This document shows, piece after piece, positions 7,887 to 18,162 of a DNA stretch of 64,000 nt. Numbering within the stretch: the stretch's first letter is position 1; each line of letters starts with the position of its first letter. The notes beneath the pieces are model-generated. The model ran no database searches. It saw only the letters and a program-made list of their open reading frames with translations, and was not told the DNA's origin. A program made the translations under genes and the position numbers. Source of the stretch: Tagaea sp. Its GTDB lineage: Bacteria; Pseudomonadota; Alphaproteobacteria; CACIAM-22H2. The DNA is taken from contig CBDIIB010000004.1 of the NCBI GenBank assembly GCA_965279525.1, positions 1,184,001 to 1,248,000 on the forward strand. The letters are read 5' to 3'.

Positions 7887-8239
7887 GCCGCCGATCCGGC
7901 ACCCCCGCGCTGCCCGACCTGCCTTGCGATGCGGAAGGCCCCGTCTTCCGGGCGCCGTGGGAGGCGCAGGCCTTCGCGATGGCGGTGGCTCTCCAGCAGA
8001 AGGGCCTGTTCACCTGGCCCGAATGGGCGGACGCGCTGTCGGGCGAGATCCGCGCCGCACAGGCCGCCGGCGATCCGGATACCGGCGAGACCTACTATGG
8101 CCATTGGCTGCGGGCGCTGGAACGGCTGGTCGTCGAGAAAGGTGCCGCGACGCCCGAGCGGCTCGCCGAACGCGCGGCCGCCTGGGATCACGCGGCACGC
8201 CACACGCCGCATGGCCAGCCGATCGTGCCGCCCGCCTGA
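7883..8239 (+). CDS. Nitrile hydratase accessory/activator protein (P14K/NhlE-like)
   Basis: ATGA overlap with nthB; PVFRAPWEAQAFAMAV, FTWPEWA, YYGHWLRALE, TPHGQP. Confidence 0.88.
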   Translation: MSRRSGTPALPDLPCDAEGPVFRAPWEAQAFAMAVALQQKGLFTWPEWADALSGEIRAAQAAGDPDTGETYYGHWLRALERLVVEKGAATPERLAERAAAWDHAARHTPHGQPIVPPA

Positions 8240-8254
8240 CCTTTTCGCGCGGGG

Positions 8255-9565
8255 CTAGATCGTCCAGCTCCCCGGATCCGCCTCGCTCTGCCCGCCGCTC
8301 TTCATGTCGCGCACGCGGTGCGGGGCACCGGGTTCCTCGGGCAGGAACCATACGAACGGGATGCCCTTGTCGTTGGCGTATTTGAGCTGGGCGTCGGCCT
8401 TGCGGTCCTCGTGGTACATCTCGACCTTCAGGCCGCGCGAACGCAGCGTGCGCGCGACGGCGGCGACGTCGGCATAATTCCCGCCGCGCGGGAACAGCAC
8501 CAGCACATCGGTCGGCGTCTTGCGGGTGGGCTTCAGGCGGCCTTCCTTCTGCAGCTTCCAGAAGATGCGCGTGAGGCCGATGGAAATGCCGATGCCCGGC
8601 AGCCGCCGGTTGATCAGCGAGCCCACCAGATTGTCGTAGCGCCCGCCGCCGCACACGGTCGGGAAATCGGGGAAGTCGGCAAGCTTCGTCTCGTAGACCG
8701 AGCCCGTGTAATAGGCGAGCCCGCGCGCGATCGACAGATCGGCGACGAAGCTGCCCTTCGGGAAGCGCGCCAGCTCGGTCATCACGAAGCCCAGCTCGTG
8801 CAGGCCCTGGCTCAGCAACTCGGACTTCACGCCCAGCTTCTCGACCTGGCCCAGGATCGCGGCATCCGTGCCCTTGATCTCGGTCAGCGCCAGGATCTTC
8901 GCGATGGCATCGTCGCCCAGCGACAGTTCCTTCGCCAGCATGTCCGACACGCCCTTGGCGCCGATCTTGTCGAGCTTGTCGACGATGCGGATGGCGTTGG
9001 CCTGGTCGGCGATGCCGAGGCCCTCGTAGTAGCCCTGCAGGATCTTGCGGTTGTTGAGCTTGGTCACGCTCGGCCCCACGCCCAGCGCGTCGAGCGTCTC
9101 GAACACGATGGCCGGCATCTCGGCGTCGAAATGCAGCGGGATCTCGCGCGTGTCGATCACGTCGATGTCGCACTGGTAGAACTCGCGGAAGCGCCCGTCT
9201 TGCGGACGCTCGCCGCGCCAGGCCTTCTGCATCTGGTAGCGCTTGAACGGGAACACCAGCTCGTTGAGGTTCGCCGCCACATAGCGCGCCATGGGGACTG
9301 TCATGTCGTAGTGGAGGGCGTGCTCGGGCACGGCGTCCTCGCCCGGCTCGGCGAGCAGGCGGCGGATCGCGTAGATCTCCTTGTCGGTATCGCCCTGCTT
9401 CAGCAGCACTTCGACCGGCTCGATCGAGCGCGTCTCGATGGGCGCATAGCCGTAGCTCTCGAAGATGCCGCGGATCGTGTCGAGCCATTTGAGCTCGACG
9501 ATGCGCAGCTCCGGCAGCCATTCCGGAAAGCCGCTGATGGCCTTGAGTTTCTGCTTCTCGATCAC
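8255..9565 (-). CDS. hisS: Histidine--tRNA ligase
   Basis: ISGFPEWLP, HYDMTVPMARY, WRGERPQDGRFREFYQCDIDVI, ARGLAYYTG, GGGRYDNL, C-terminal anticodon-binding domain; GTG start at 9565 assumed. Confidence 0.93.
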   Translation of the reverse strand: MIEKQKLKAISGFPEWLPELRIVELKWLDTIRGIFESYGYAPIETRSIEPVEVLLKQGDTDKEIYAIRRLLAEPGEDAVPEHALHYDMTVPMARYVAANLNELVFPFKRYQMQKAWRGERPQDGRFREFYQCDIDVIDTREIPLHFDAEMPAIVFETLDALGVGPSVTKLNNRKILQGYYEGLGIADQANAIRIVDKLDKIGAKGVSDMLAKELSLGDDAIAKILALTEIKGTDAAILGQVEKLGVKSELLSQGLHELGFVMTELARFPKGSFVADLSIARGLAYYTGSVYETKLADFPDFPTVCGGGRYDNLVGSLINRRLPGIGISIGLTRIFWKLQKEGRLKPTRKTPTDVLVLFPRGGNYADVAAVARTLRSRGLKVEMYHEDRKADAQLKYANDKGIPFVWFLPEEPGAPHRVRDMKSGGQSEADPGSWTI

Positions 9566-9695
9566 GTCGCGTCCGCCCCTGTACGTTGCGCCCGTCTGAT
9601 ACCCCAGCCGGAGGAAACGGGCAAAGGCCGAATGGCGCCGGGTGCGGCCATATACCGCGAAACCTGCCGACGTCATCCCCTATACTGTCCGCCGC

Positions 9696-10136
9696 ATGTT
9701 CGACCCCGGGACGATCGTCAGTCCGAGGCTCAAACGCCTTCATGCCTACTGGGACGCCAAGCGCGCCGGCAGGCCGATGCCGGCGCGCGCCGACATCGAT
9801 CCGGTCGAGATTCCGTGGATCCTCGGGGATCTCTCGCTCATCGAGGTCCGCGGGGAAGGCGACTACCACTGGCGGGTCGACGGCTCCAACCTCACCGCGT
9901 TCTTCGGGTGCGAAATGACCGGCCGCTCGATTTCGGAGTATCCCTTCCCCGCCTTCATCGAGAAGATGCGCATGACGCTCGACGAGGCCGTGCGCGCCGG
10001 CGGGCCGTCCCGCAGCGTCCGGCGGTTTTCGACCAAGACCCAGAAATGGAACTACGAGAGCCTCTACCTGCCGCTATCGGGCGACGGACAGCGCATCGAC
10101 ATGCTGATCCAGGCGCTCGAGATCGAACCGAGATGA
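9696..10136 (+). CDS. Stand-alone PAS-like protein (PAS_5/DUF1457 type)
   Basis: LHAYWDAKRAGRPMPARADIDP..., G.EMTGR, YESLYLPL are typical of this alphaproteobacterial family. Confidence 0.75.
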   Translation: MFDPGTIVSPRLKRLHAYWDAKRAGRPMPARADIDPVEIPWILGDLSLIEVRGEGDYHWRVDGSNLTAFFGCEMTGRSISEYPFPAFIEKMRMTLDEAVRAGGPSRSVRRFSTKTQKWNYESLYLPLSGDGQRIDMLIQALEIEPR

Positions 10137-10170
10137 CCTTCCCGCACTCAGACCGCTAAACTCCCCCGCC

Positions 10171-11349
10171 ATGACCGAGTCCTACGATGTCGTCATCGCG
10201 GGCGGTGCCGCGATCGGCGGGTCCGTCGCCTATCATCTTGCGGCCGATCCGGCCTTCAAGGGCTCCGTGCTCGTGCTCGAGCCCGACCCCACCTATGCGC
10301 GCGCGGCAAGCGCGCTATCGGCCGCGTCGATCCGCCAGCAGTTTTCCAGTGCCGTGAACATCCGCATATCGCTGTTCGGCATCGGCTTCCTGCGCGCCAT
10401 CGGCGAGACGCTGGCGGTCGACGGCGAGCGGCCGGAGATCGGACTCCACGAGGGCGGCTACCTGTTCCTCGCCACGCCGGCGGGTGCCTCGATCCTTGCC
10501 GAAAACCACGCGCTGCAGACGGCCCTGGGGGCGGACATCGCGCATTTCGACCCGGCGGGCCTCCAGCGGCAGTTCCCGTGGCTGGCGACCGGCGACCTTG
10601 CCGGCGGCTGCTGGGGCCGGACCGGCGAGGGCTGGTTCGACGGCTACGGCCTCGTGCAGGCATTCCGGCGCAAGGCGCGTTCGCTGGGCGCCACGTACCG
10701 CAAGGCGGGCCTTGCGCGCATCGAGATGCGGGATGGCCGCGCCGAGATGCTGGTCCTCGACGACGGATCGAGAATTTCGTGCGGCACGCTGGTGATCGCG
10801 GCGGGCACCAGTGCACGCGACCTCGTGCGCCAGACCGGCTTCGACATCCCGGTCCATGCGAAAAAGCGGATGATCTTCACGTTCGAGTGCCGCGAGAAGC
10901 TCGAAGGATTTCCGCTGATGATCGACCCCACCGGCGTCTATTGCCGGCCCGAAGGGGCAGGCTTCATCGGCGGCTCGGCCCCGCCGCCCGATGCGGACCC
11001 GGACGCGACCGATTTCGACGTCGAGCACGGCTTCTTCGACGACGTGGTGTGGCCGGCCCTTGCCGCGCGCGTGCCCGCCTTCGAGGCGATCCGGCCCGGC
11101 CGGGCGTGGGCCGGGCATTACGACATGAACCTGTTCGACCACAACGCGCTCGTCGGCCCCGTTCCGGGGACCGCCAACGTGCATCTGGCCAATGGGTTTT
11201 CCGGGCACGGGCTGCAGCAATGCCCGGCGGTCGGCCGCTATATCGCGGAAACCATCGTCGACGGGCGTTTCCGCACGCTCGACCTTGCCGAACTCGATCC
11301 CGGGCGGCTCGCGGCGAACCGCCCGGTCATCGAGAAGAACGTCGTCTGA
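10171..11349 (+). CDS. FAD-dependent oxidoreductase (DAO / sarcosine oxidase / FOXRED1-like)
   Basis: DVVIAGGAAIG, SAASIRQQFS, WAGHYDMN, NGFSGHGLQQ. Confidence 0.85.
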   Translation: MTESYDVVIAGGAAIGGSVAYHLAADPAFKGSVLVLEPDPTYARAASALSAASIRQQFSSAVNIRISLFGIGFLRAIGETLAVDGERPEIGLHEGGYLFLATPAGASILAENHALQTALGADIAHFDPAGLQRQFPWLATGDLAGGCWGRTGEGWFDGYGLVQAFRRKARSLGATYRKAGLARIEMRDGRAEMLVLDDGSRISCGTLVIAAGTSARDLVRQTGFDIPVHAKKRMIFTFECREKLEGFPLMIDPTGVYCRPEGAGFIGGSAPPPDADPDATDFDVEHGFFDDVVWPALAARVPAFEAIRPGRAWAGHYDMNLFDHNALVGPVPGTANVHLANGFSGHGLQQCPAVGRYIAETIVDGRFRTLDLAELDPGRLAANRPVIEKNVV

Positions 11350-11358
11350 CGCCCTCGC

Positions 11359-12954
11359 CTACTTCTTCATCTTGATGAAGCGCAGCTCGACGTCTTCCTG
11401 GACGCGCATGTTGAACTCCGCGACCGTGTCGAGCACGCCCATCACCTGCGGCTCCTGGTGGATGGGCACCATCGGCACGTCGTCGACGATCAGCTGCAGC
11501 GCCTGCTTGGCCAGCGCGTTGCGGGTCGTGGGGTTGGTCTCGACCGCGATGCGGTCACGCAGCGATTCGACCTGGGGGTTCGAATACTTGCCCCAGTTGA
11601 ACGTGCCCGCCCCGCCCGTCATCGTCAGCAGCTCGCGCAGCGGGTTCGAGATGTCGAAGTTCCCCGGCGTCCAGCCCAGCATGTAGAACTGGAACTGGCC
11701 GTTCTGCCCGGCCGGGATGAACTGCGAGAAGTTCATCGCGTTGAGCCGCACCGTGATGCCCACGCGCGCCAGCATCGGCACGATGGCCGTGCAGATCGCC
11801 TCGTCGTTGATGTAGCGGTTGTTGGGGCAGTGCAGCGTGAACGTGAAGCCGTTGGGATAGCCTGCGTCCGTCAGCAGCTTCTTGGCGGCATCCGGATCGA
11901 ACGGGATGCGCGCGTTGAGGCCGGCGTCGAAGCCCTGCACCTGCGGGGCGAGCGGCAGGCCGGTCACCTGGCCGAAACCGCGCATGACGACGCGGCTGAT
12001 GCCGACCATGTCGATCGCCTGGTAGATCGCCTTGCGCACGCGCACGTCGCGCAGCGGGTTCTTCATGCCGGGCTGGTCGAGCACGTCCTCGCGCGCGGTA
12101 TCCATCGCGAAATAGGTCGTGCGCGCGGTCGGCCCCTGCACCACTTTCAGGCCCGCCTGCGACTGCAGGCGCTGCACGTCCTGCAGCGGGACCGGGTAGA
12201 TGAGATCGAGTTCACGCGACAGCAACGCCGCCACGCGCGTGGCCGGGTTGGCGACCGGGCGCCAGATCGCGCGCGTGATTCCGTGCGTCGCCTCGCCCCA
12301 CCAGGCGGCGTTGGGCTCGAGCACGGTGCGCTCGTCGGCCACGCGCTCGACCAGCTTGAACGGGCCGGTGCCGTTGACGTTGACGTTGCCGAAGTTCGTG
12401 TTGGCGCCGGGCTGGCCGGTGCGCACGATCGTCATCGCGTTGTTCTTCTCGATCCACGGCTTGCTCATGATGAAGAACAGCGTGAGATCCTGCAGCAGGA
12501 CCGGGTTCGGCCCCTTGGTGACGATCGTGACGGTGTTGTCGTCGACCTTCTCGATGCGCTCGACCGACACGACCGTGTAGTTCATGTCGGACGAGGCCTG
12601 GCGCACGCGTTCCCACGAGGCGACGACGTCGTCCGCGGTGAACGCCTCGCCGCCGTGGAAGCGCACGTTGCGGCGCAGGTCGAACTTCCACGTCGTCGGC
12701 GTCGTGTTTTCCCAGCGCACGGCAAGGCCGGGTTCGAGCGAACCGTCGAAGCGCCGGCGCACCAGCGGTTCGTACATGTTCGCCTTCATGGCATTCGTAA
12801 CGCCGTGGTTGTTGGCGTGCGGGTCGAGGCCGAGAATGTCATTGGCCGAACCGTAGCGGAACTGCTGGGCCTGCGACGCGGCCGGTGCGAAGGCACCGAT
12901 CGCGATGGCCGCGAGTGCTGCAAGCAGCGCCGCGCGGGGGGAACGGATTTTCAT
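11359..12954 (-). CDS. ABC transporter substrate-binding protein, family 5 (DppA-like), with no adjacent permease genes
   Basis: Signal peptide; LDPH, LEPGLA..W, LRRNVRFHGGEAFTADDV, NGTGPF, DVRVRKAI, CPNNRYINDE; GGAG RBS. Confidence 0.88.
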   Translation of the reverse strand: MKIRSPRAALLAALAAIAIGAFAPAASQAQQFRYGSANDILGLDPHANNHGVTNAMKANMYEPLVRRRFDGSLEPGLAVRWENTTPTTWKFDLRRNVRFHGGEAFTADDVVASWERVRQASSDMNYTVVSVERIEKVDDNTVTIVTKGPNPVLLQDLTLFFIMSKPWIEKNNAMTIVRTGQPGANTNFGNVNVNGTGPFKLVERVADERTVLEPNAAWWGEATHGITRAIWRPVANPATRVAALLSRELDLIYPVPLQDVQRLQSQAGLKVVQGPTARTTYFAMDTAREDVLDQPGMKNPLRDVRVRKAIYQAIDMVGISRVVMRGFGQVTGLPLAPQVQGFDAGLNARIPFDPDAAKKLLTDAGYPNGFTFTLHCPNNRYINDEAICTAIVPMLARVGITVRLNAMNFSQFIPAGQNGQFQFYMLGWTPGNFDISNPLRELLTMTGGAGTFNWGKYSNPQVESLRDRIAVETNPTTRNALAKQALQLIVDDVPMVPIHQEPQVMGVLDTVAEFNMRVQEDVELRFIKMKK

Positions 12955-13025
12955 GGGGTCGGTCTCCTCGGCGAATTCGTTTCTTTTCGCGGACGGGCCC
13001 GGGGGCAGGCCCCGTCCCATCCCTG

Positions 13026-13040
13026 AGCACAAAATGTGCT
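13026..13040. promoter_or_regulatory. Inverted repeat AGCACA-AAA-TGTGCT upstream of the dppA-like gene (possible operator)
   Basis: 6-3-6 palindrome in an AT-rich patch about 70 bp before the start codon. Confidence 0.35.
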
Positions 13041-13121
13041 TTAAACGGCCCCCGGGTGGCAAGGGCCGACTGGCGTCCCGCGCGACCGGACGAGACGTCG
13101 CCTGGCCGGGGTCGAGCCGCG

Positions 13122-14639
13122 CTAGGCCGGGGTCCGGCGGCGCGCCAGGTGCTCGAACAGCAACGCTTCGAAGGCGCGTGCCTGACGGGGCGTGTCCCTT
13201 GCGGTGCGGGCGTCGAAGTCCGCTCGCGCATTCGCACGGAAACGCGCGAGGCCTTGGATATCCGCCGCCCACGCCCGCGCCGTCCCGACCAGCGATTCGT
13301 CGCTGTCATGGGCGGTGCCGGGCCGGTCGATCGCGCCCTCGAGCCAGCGGCCGATCCGCCCCAGCGGCGACGGGTACACCCGGCTCAGCACCGGCACGCC
13401 CTGATACACCGCCTCGAACAACGTCGTGCCCCCGGCGACCGGAACCGTCGCGAGCGCGATATCGATCCCGTCATAGGCGGCGAGATAATCCGGCCAGCCG
13501 CTGACGGCGCCGAACTCGATGCTTGCCGGATCGGCGCCGTGACGCACGAGGCACGCATGCACGCGCGCGCGCACGTCGGCTTCCGCCAATCCCGCATTCC
13601 CCAGGCGCAGACGCGAGCCCGGCACGGCCCGCTGTACCTTCGCCCACAGCGCAAGCGACGCCTCGCCCATCTTGTAGAGGTTCGACAGCGAGCCGAAGGT
13701 CACGTAGCCGGTCTTCAGGCAGGGCGGCGGCGATGGCGGCGGTGGCCGTTCCGGCGAAAGATTGGGGTCGTAGACGAACAGATACACTGGCAGCAGTGCC
13801 GCCTTGCCGCCATAGGCGTCGGCCTGCGCCGGCGGATAGATCGCCGCATTCCCGAACAGCAGGTCGATCGCCGGGTCAGGGCAAGGGCCCAGCATGTTCT
13901 GCCAGCTCACCTGCGCCGGGGCCGGCCGATGCAGCACCAGCAGCGGCGTAGGCCCGAGGCAGTCTCCAAGATCGACCAGCACGTCCAGATCGTAGGCCGC
14001 GAGCTGGCGTGCGGTCGCTGCGGCAGCCCCGGGCGCATCCGGCCGCGCATCGGCCTGCAACGCGAACGCGCGCAAGCCCTGCCGACGCAGCCGGTCGAGC
14101 GTCGCTTCGGGCGCATTGACGACGAAGGCGAGCACTTCCACCTTCGCCGGATCGAGTGCGCGCATCAGGGGCGTGACGAGCGCCGAATAACAGGGAATGG
14201 CGATGTCCAAGCCGAGAAACCCGACCCGCAGGGTTCCGCGCGACGGCCCGAAGGCCGTGCGCAACGGTCTGGCGCGGGTGCGCCGACGCGCCCGGGCGTA
14301 GAACCAGCCGCGCAGCGACATCAGGAAATTCTCGTCGGCGGATTCACGGTAGAGGCCGAGCTGGACCCGGAACTGGTCGAGTTGTGTCGAGTCCGTCGCC
14401 GCACATATCTCGCCCGACAGTTCCCAGGCACGCTCGATGTCGCCGATATCCCGAAGCGCCAGTGCTTGATGGTACATCGCGTCGATGCGCACCGCAGGCG
14501 ACCGGGCCTGTGCCGCCGCGCGTGCCAGCGCTTCGGCCGCGGCCACCATTCCGCCATGCGCGCGGATCCGGGCGGCAAGATCTCCCAGACTGGCACCGTC
14601 GGGCAGCGACCGGGAAATTCGGGGTGAATCTCGATTCAT
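13122..14639 (-). CDS. GT41 (O-GlcNAc transferase/SPINDLY-like) glycosyltransferase with a short helical/TPR-like N-terminus, divergent
   Basis: LRVGFL, DLDVLVDL, RPAPAQVSW, VTFGSLSNLYKM, LWAKV..AVPGSRL, DIALATVPVAGGTTLFEAVYQGVPVL. Confidence 0.7.
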   Translation of the reverse strand: MNRDSPRISRSLPDGASLGDLAARIRAHGGMVAAAEALARAAAQARSPAVRIDAMYHQALALRDIGDIERAWELSGEICAATDSTQLDQFRVQLGLYRESADENFLMSLRGWFYARARRRTRARPLRTAFGPSRGTLRVGFLGLDIAIPCYSALVTPLMRALDPAKVEVLAFVVNAPEATLDRLRRQGLRAFALQADARPDAPGAAAATARQLAAYDLDVLVDLGDCLGPTPLLVLHRPAPAQVSWQNMLGPCPDPAIDLLFGNAAIYPPAQADAYGGKAALLPVYLFVYDPNLSPERPPPPSPPPCLKTGYVTFGSLSNLYKMGEASLALWAKVQRAVPGSRLRLGNAGLAEADVRARVHACLVRHGADPASIEFGAVSGWPDYLAAYDGIDIALATVPVAGGTTLFEAVYQGVPVLSRVYPSPLGRIGRWLEGAIDRPGTAHDSDESLVGTARAWAADIQGLARFRANARADFDARTARDTPRQARAFEALLFEHLARRRTPA

Positions 14640-14695
14640 GCCCCGCGACTATGATAGCTTGGCCGCGTACTACGCGAGCTGGAGAGAAAATCCAC

Positions 14696-16216
14696 ATGAC
14701 CGCCATCCCCCGCACCATCCGCCTCAACGCGAGCGACAATCTGGTCGTCGCGGTCGACACGATCCCGCCGGGGGCCGACATCCACGGCGTCAAGGCGGCC
14801 GCGCGTATCATGAAAGGCCACAAGATGGCCATCGCCCCCATCGCCGAGGGCGAGGCGGTGCGCAAGTTCGGCCAGGTCATCGGCTTCGCGCACGGCGCCA
14901 TCGCACCGGGCGAGCACATCCACACGCACAACTGCGATTTCAAGCAGTTCGCGCGCGACTATCATTTTGCCGAGGACGCGAAGCCCTATGCCCCGCTGCC
15001 CGTTTCCGAGCGCGCGACCTTCCAAGGCTATCGCCGCGCCGACGGGCGGGCGGGTACCCGCAACTATATCGGCATCCTCACCTCGGTTAACTGCTCGGCG
15101 TCGGCCGCGCGGTTCATGGCGGAAGCCGTGCAGCGCTCGGGCATCCTTGCCGACTATCCCAATGTCGACGGCGTCGTGTCGTTCGTCCACGGGACGGGCT
15201 GCGGCATGGCGTCGAAGGGCGAGGGCTTCGACGTGCTCAAGCGCACGCAGTGGGGCTATGCGACCAACCCGAACGTGGGTGGCGTGCTGCTCGTCGGGCT
15301 GGGCTGCGAGGTCTTCCAGATCGACGAGATGAAGCGCGCCTACGGAATCGTCGATGGCGATTTCTTCCAGTCGATGACGATCCAGGACACCGGCGGGACG
15401 CGCAAGACGATCGAACAGGGCGTGGAGCGCATCAAGACGATGCTCCCGCTCGTCAACAAGGCGAAGCGCGAGACGATCCCGGCAAGCGAACTGATGCTGG
15501 CGCTGCAGTGCGGCGGCTCGGACGGCTATTCGGGCATCACGGCCAACCCGGCGCTGGGTTCGGCGGTCGACCTGCTGGTCAAGCACGGGGGTACTGCGAT
15601 CCTGTCCGAGACGCCGGAGATCTACGGGGCCGAACACCTTCTCACGCGGCGCGCGCAGACGCGCGAGGTCGGCGAGAAGCTGATCGAGATCATCCGCTGG
15701 TGGGAGGAATACACCAAGCGCAACGACGGCTCGATGGACAACAACCCCTCGCCCGGCAACAAGGCCGGTGGCCTCACGACCATTCTCGAAAAATCGCTGG
15801 GGGCGGCGGCCAAGGGCGGCACCACGACGCTGCGCGGCGTCTTCCGCTATGCCGAGCGCGTCGACACCAAGGGCTTCGTGTTCATGGACACGCCGGGCTA
15901 CGACCCGACCTCGGCCACCGGCCAGGTCGCGGGCGGGGCCAACGTGCTGTGCTTCACGACGGGCCGCGGCTCGGCGTACGGCTGCAAGCCGACGCCGTCG
16001 ATCAAGCTTGCCACCAACACCGACATCTACCAGCGCATGATCGAGGACATGGACATCAACTGCGGCGACATCGTCGACGGCGTTTCGGTCGAGGCGAAGG
16101 GCAAGGAGATCTTCGAGCACATCCTGCGCATCGCGTCGGGCGAACGCTCGAAGTCCGAGCAGCTCGGCTACGGCGACAACGAATTCGTGCCCTGGCAGAT
16201 CGGCGCGACGATGTGA
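14696..16216 (+). CDS. UxaA-family sugar-acid dehydratase (altronate/galactarate dehydratase-like) with SAF domain
   Basis: GHKMA..VRKFGQVIG, HIHTHN, GTRNY, HGTGCG, GLGCE, LQCGGSDGYSGITANP, NNPSPGNKAGG, FTTGRGS. Confidence 0.9.
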   Translation: MTAIPRTIRLNASDNLVVAVDTIPPGADIHGVKAAARIMKGHKMAIAPIAEGEAVRKFGQVIGFAHGAIAPGEHIHTHNCDFKQFARDYHFAEDAKPYAPLPVSERATFQGYRRADGRAGTRNYIGILTSVNCSASAARFMAEAVQRSGILADYPNVDGVVSFVHGTGCGMASKGEGFDVLKRTQWGYATNPNVGGVLLVGLGCEVFQIDEMKRAYGIVDGDFFQSMTIQDTGGTRKTIEQGVERIKTMLPLVNKAKRETIPASELMLALQCGGSDGYSGITANPALGSAVDLLVKHGGTAILSETPEIYGAEHLLTRRAQTREVGEKLIEIIRWWEEYTKRNDGSMDNNPSPGNKAGGLTTILEKSLGAAAKGGTTTLRGVFRYAERVDTKGFVFMDTPGYDPTSATGQVAGGANVLCFTTGRGSAYGCKPTPSIKLATNTDIYQRMIEDMDINCGDIVDGVSVEAKGKEIFEHILRIASGERSKSEQLGYGDNEFVPWQIGATM

Positions 16217-16230
16217 GGGTTGCGCCGGCT

Positions 16231-16245
16231 TTAACTCCACATTAA
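16231..16245. promoter_or_regulatory. CtrA-binding box upstream of MCP 1
   Basis: TTAA-CTCCACA-TTAA matches TTAA-N7-TTAA. Confidence 0.7.
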
Positions 16246-16326
16246 TTGCATAACGCGCATCTTCCGGGCGTGCCGGTTTGGACTTTCCGCCGGCGCCAAT
16301 GCTGAGTCCCCCCGGAGGAATGCCCG

Positions 16327-17994
16327 ATGACGATTCGCTCGAAACTCATTGCCGCGATGGCCCTGCTCGCGCTCGCGATCATCGCATCGTCCGCAAGTGG
16401 CTGGATTTCCGGCGGAATCGCCGGCGACGGCATGAAGACGGTCTATGCCGACCGGGTCATCCCGATGCGCGACCTGAAGACGATCGCCGATGCCTACGCG
16501 GTCAATATCGTCGATACGGCGCACAAGGTTCGGAACGGCAACATCGAGTGGGCTGCCGGCACGAAGAATGTCGACGAAGCGCGAAAGACATTGGATCAGG
16601 TCTGGAAGGCCTATTCCGATACCGCGATGGATGACCGCGAGCGCCAGCTCGCCACCACCGCACGCCGCGCGATGACGCAAGCCGACACGATCGTCGCCGG
16701 TCTCGCCGCCGCCATCGCCGCCAAGGACGCCGCCAAGCTCGACGACATCGTCAAGCGCCAGCTCTATGCCGCGATCGATCCGGTCTCCGAGGCGATCGAC
16801 AAACTCGTCATTCTCCAGCAGGACGAGGCCAAGGCGGTCTATGACCAGACATCGGTCGCCTTCGGCATTTCCCGCACCGTGATGATCGCGGTGATCCTCG
16901 CCGCGATCGGCGTCATCGTGTTCGCGCTCTATACGGTCATCCACGGCGTCAGCGGGCCGCTGGGCGCCATGACGGGTGCCATGACCACACTTGCAGCCGG
17001 CGACCTGACGGTCGAGATCCCCGGCCGCACCAAGACCGACGAGATCGGCCAGATGGCCAAGGCCGTGCAAGTCTTCAAGGACAGCATGATCGAGACCGAA
17101 CGGCTCCGCGCCGAGCAGGCCGCCGAGCAGCAGCGCCAGCTTGACCGCGCCAAGCGCATCGAGACCAGCGTCGGCCGCTTCGAGAATGCCGTCGGCGAGG
17201 TCGTCAAGACCGTCGCCGCCGCGTCGACCGAACTCCAGGCGACGGCGCAGGCGATGGCAGGTACTGCCGAAGAGACGACGCGCCAGGCGACGGCCGTCGC
17301 CGCCGCATCCGAACAGGCGACGCAGAACGTTCAGACCGTCGCCTCGGCGACCGAGGAACTGAGTGCTTCGATCAGCGAGATCAGCAAGCAGGTGACCGAT
17401 TCCAACCGCATGACCGCCGACGCCGCGGCCCAGGCGCGCGCCAGCAACGACCAGGTCCTGAGCCTCGATGCGGCGGCGCAGAAGATCGGCGACGTGGTCA
17501 AGATCATCAACGGCATCGCCGGGCAGACGAACCTGCTGGCGCTCAACGCGACGATCGAGGCGGCGCGCGCCGGCGAAGCCGGCAAGGGCTTCGCGGTCGT
17601 CGCCTCCGAGGTGAAGGCGCTGGCCAACCAGACGGCCAAGGCGACCGAAGAGATCGGCGCCCAGATCCGCGCGATCCAGGAAGCCACGCAAAGCTCGGTC
17701 CAGTCGATCCAGGGCATCACCTCGACGATCGACCGGGTCAACGAGACCGCGACCGCCATCGCCTCGGCGGTCGAAGAACAGGGGGCGGCAACGCAGGAGA
17801 TCGCGCGCAACGTGGCGCAGGCGGCCCAAGGCACCCAGGAAGTGTCGCGCAACATCGCCGGCGTCAACGAGGCGGCGGGCCAGACCGGAACGGCCGCAGG
17901 CCAGGTGCTGGAATCCTCGGACGAGCTCAGCAGGAACAGCGAAGCCCTGCGCCAGCAGGTCGATGCGTTCCTGCGCGAGGTGCGCGCCGCATAG
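16327..17994 (+). CDS. Methyl-accepting chemotaxis protein (4HB sensor, HAMP, signalling domain), copy 1
   Basis: Two TM helices; TVYADRVIP; [19 protein letters not shown]; [31 protein letters not shown]. Confidence 0.95.
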   Translation: MTIRSKLIAAMALLALAIIASSASGWISGGIAGDGMKTVYADRVIPMRDLKTIADAYAVNIVDTAHKVRNGNIEWAAGTKNVDEARKTLDQVWKAYSDTAMDDRERQLATTARRAMTQADTIVAGLAAAIAAKDAAKLDDIVKRQLYAAIDPVSEAIDKLVILQQDEAKAVYDQTSVAFGISRTVMIAVILAAIGVIVFALYTVIHGVSGPLGAMTGAMTTLAAGDLTVEIPGRTKTDEIGQMAKAVQVFKDSMIETERLRAEQAAEQQRQLDRAKRIETSVGRFENAVGEVVKTVAAASTELQATAQAMAGTAEETTRQATAVAAASEQATQNVQTVASATEELSASISEISKQVTDSNRMTADAAAQARASNDQVLSLDAAAQKIGDVVKIINGIAGQTNLLALNATIEAARAGEAGKGFAVVASEVKALANQTAKATEEIGAQIRAIQEATQSSVQSIQGITSTIDRVNETATAIASAVEEQGAATQEIARNVAQAAQGTQEVSRNIAGVNEAAGQTGTAAGQVLESSDELSRNSEALRQQVDAFLREVRAA

Positions 17995-18058
17995 CGGGCG
18001 AACGATGCAAGCCAGTGTGAACTGATGTTGAGAACTAAATACTAATGTAGGCATAAAT

Positions 18059-18073
18059 TTAACGTCGCCTTAA
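18059..18073. promoter_or_regulatory. CtrA-binding box upstream of MCP 2
   Basis: TTAA-CGTCGCC-TTAA matches TTAA-N7-TTAA. Confidence 0.7.
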
Positions 18074-18162
18074 ATGCAGGCATTCCATGATCGCGTCGGT
18101 GATCGCTCCGTCAGACGGGCGGCGCGACACGGAAGCGGACCTGCATTCGAGGGAGACGTCCG

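Noticed and set aside
6574-8239. Nitrile hydratase operon as a novelty
   Set aside because: A standard alpha-beta-activator cobalt NHase arrangement; only its upstream promoter remnant is unusual
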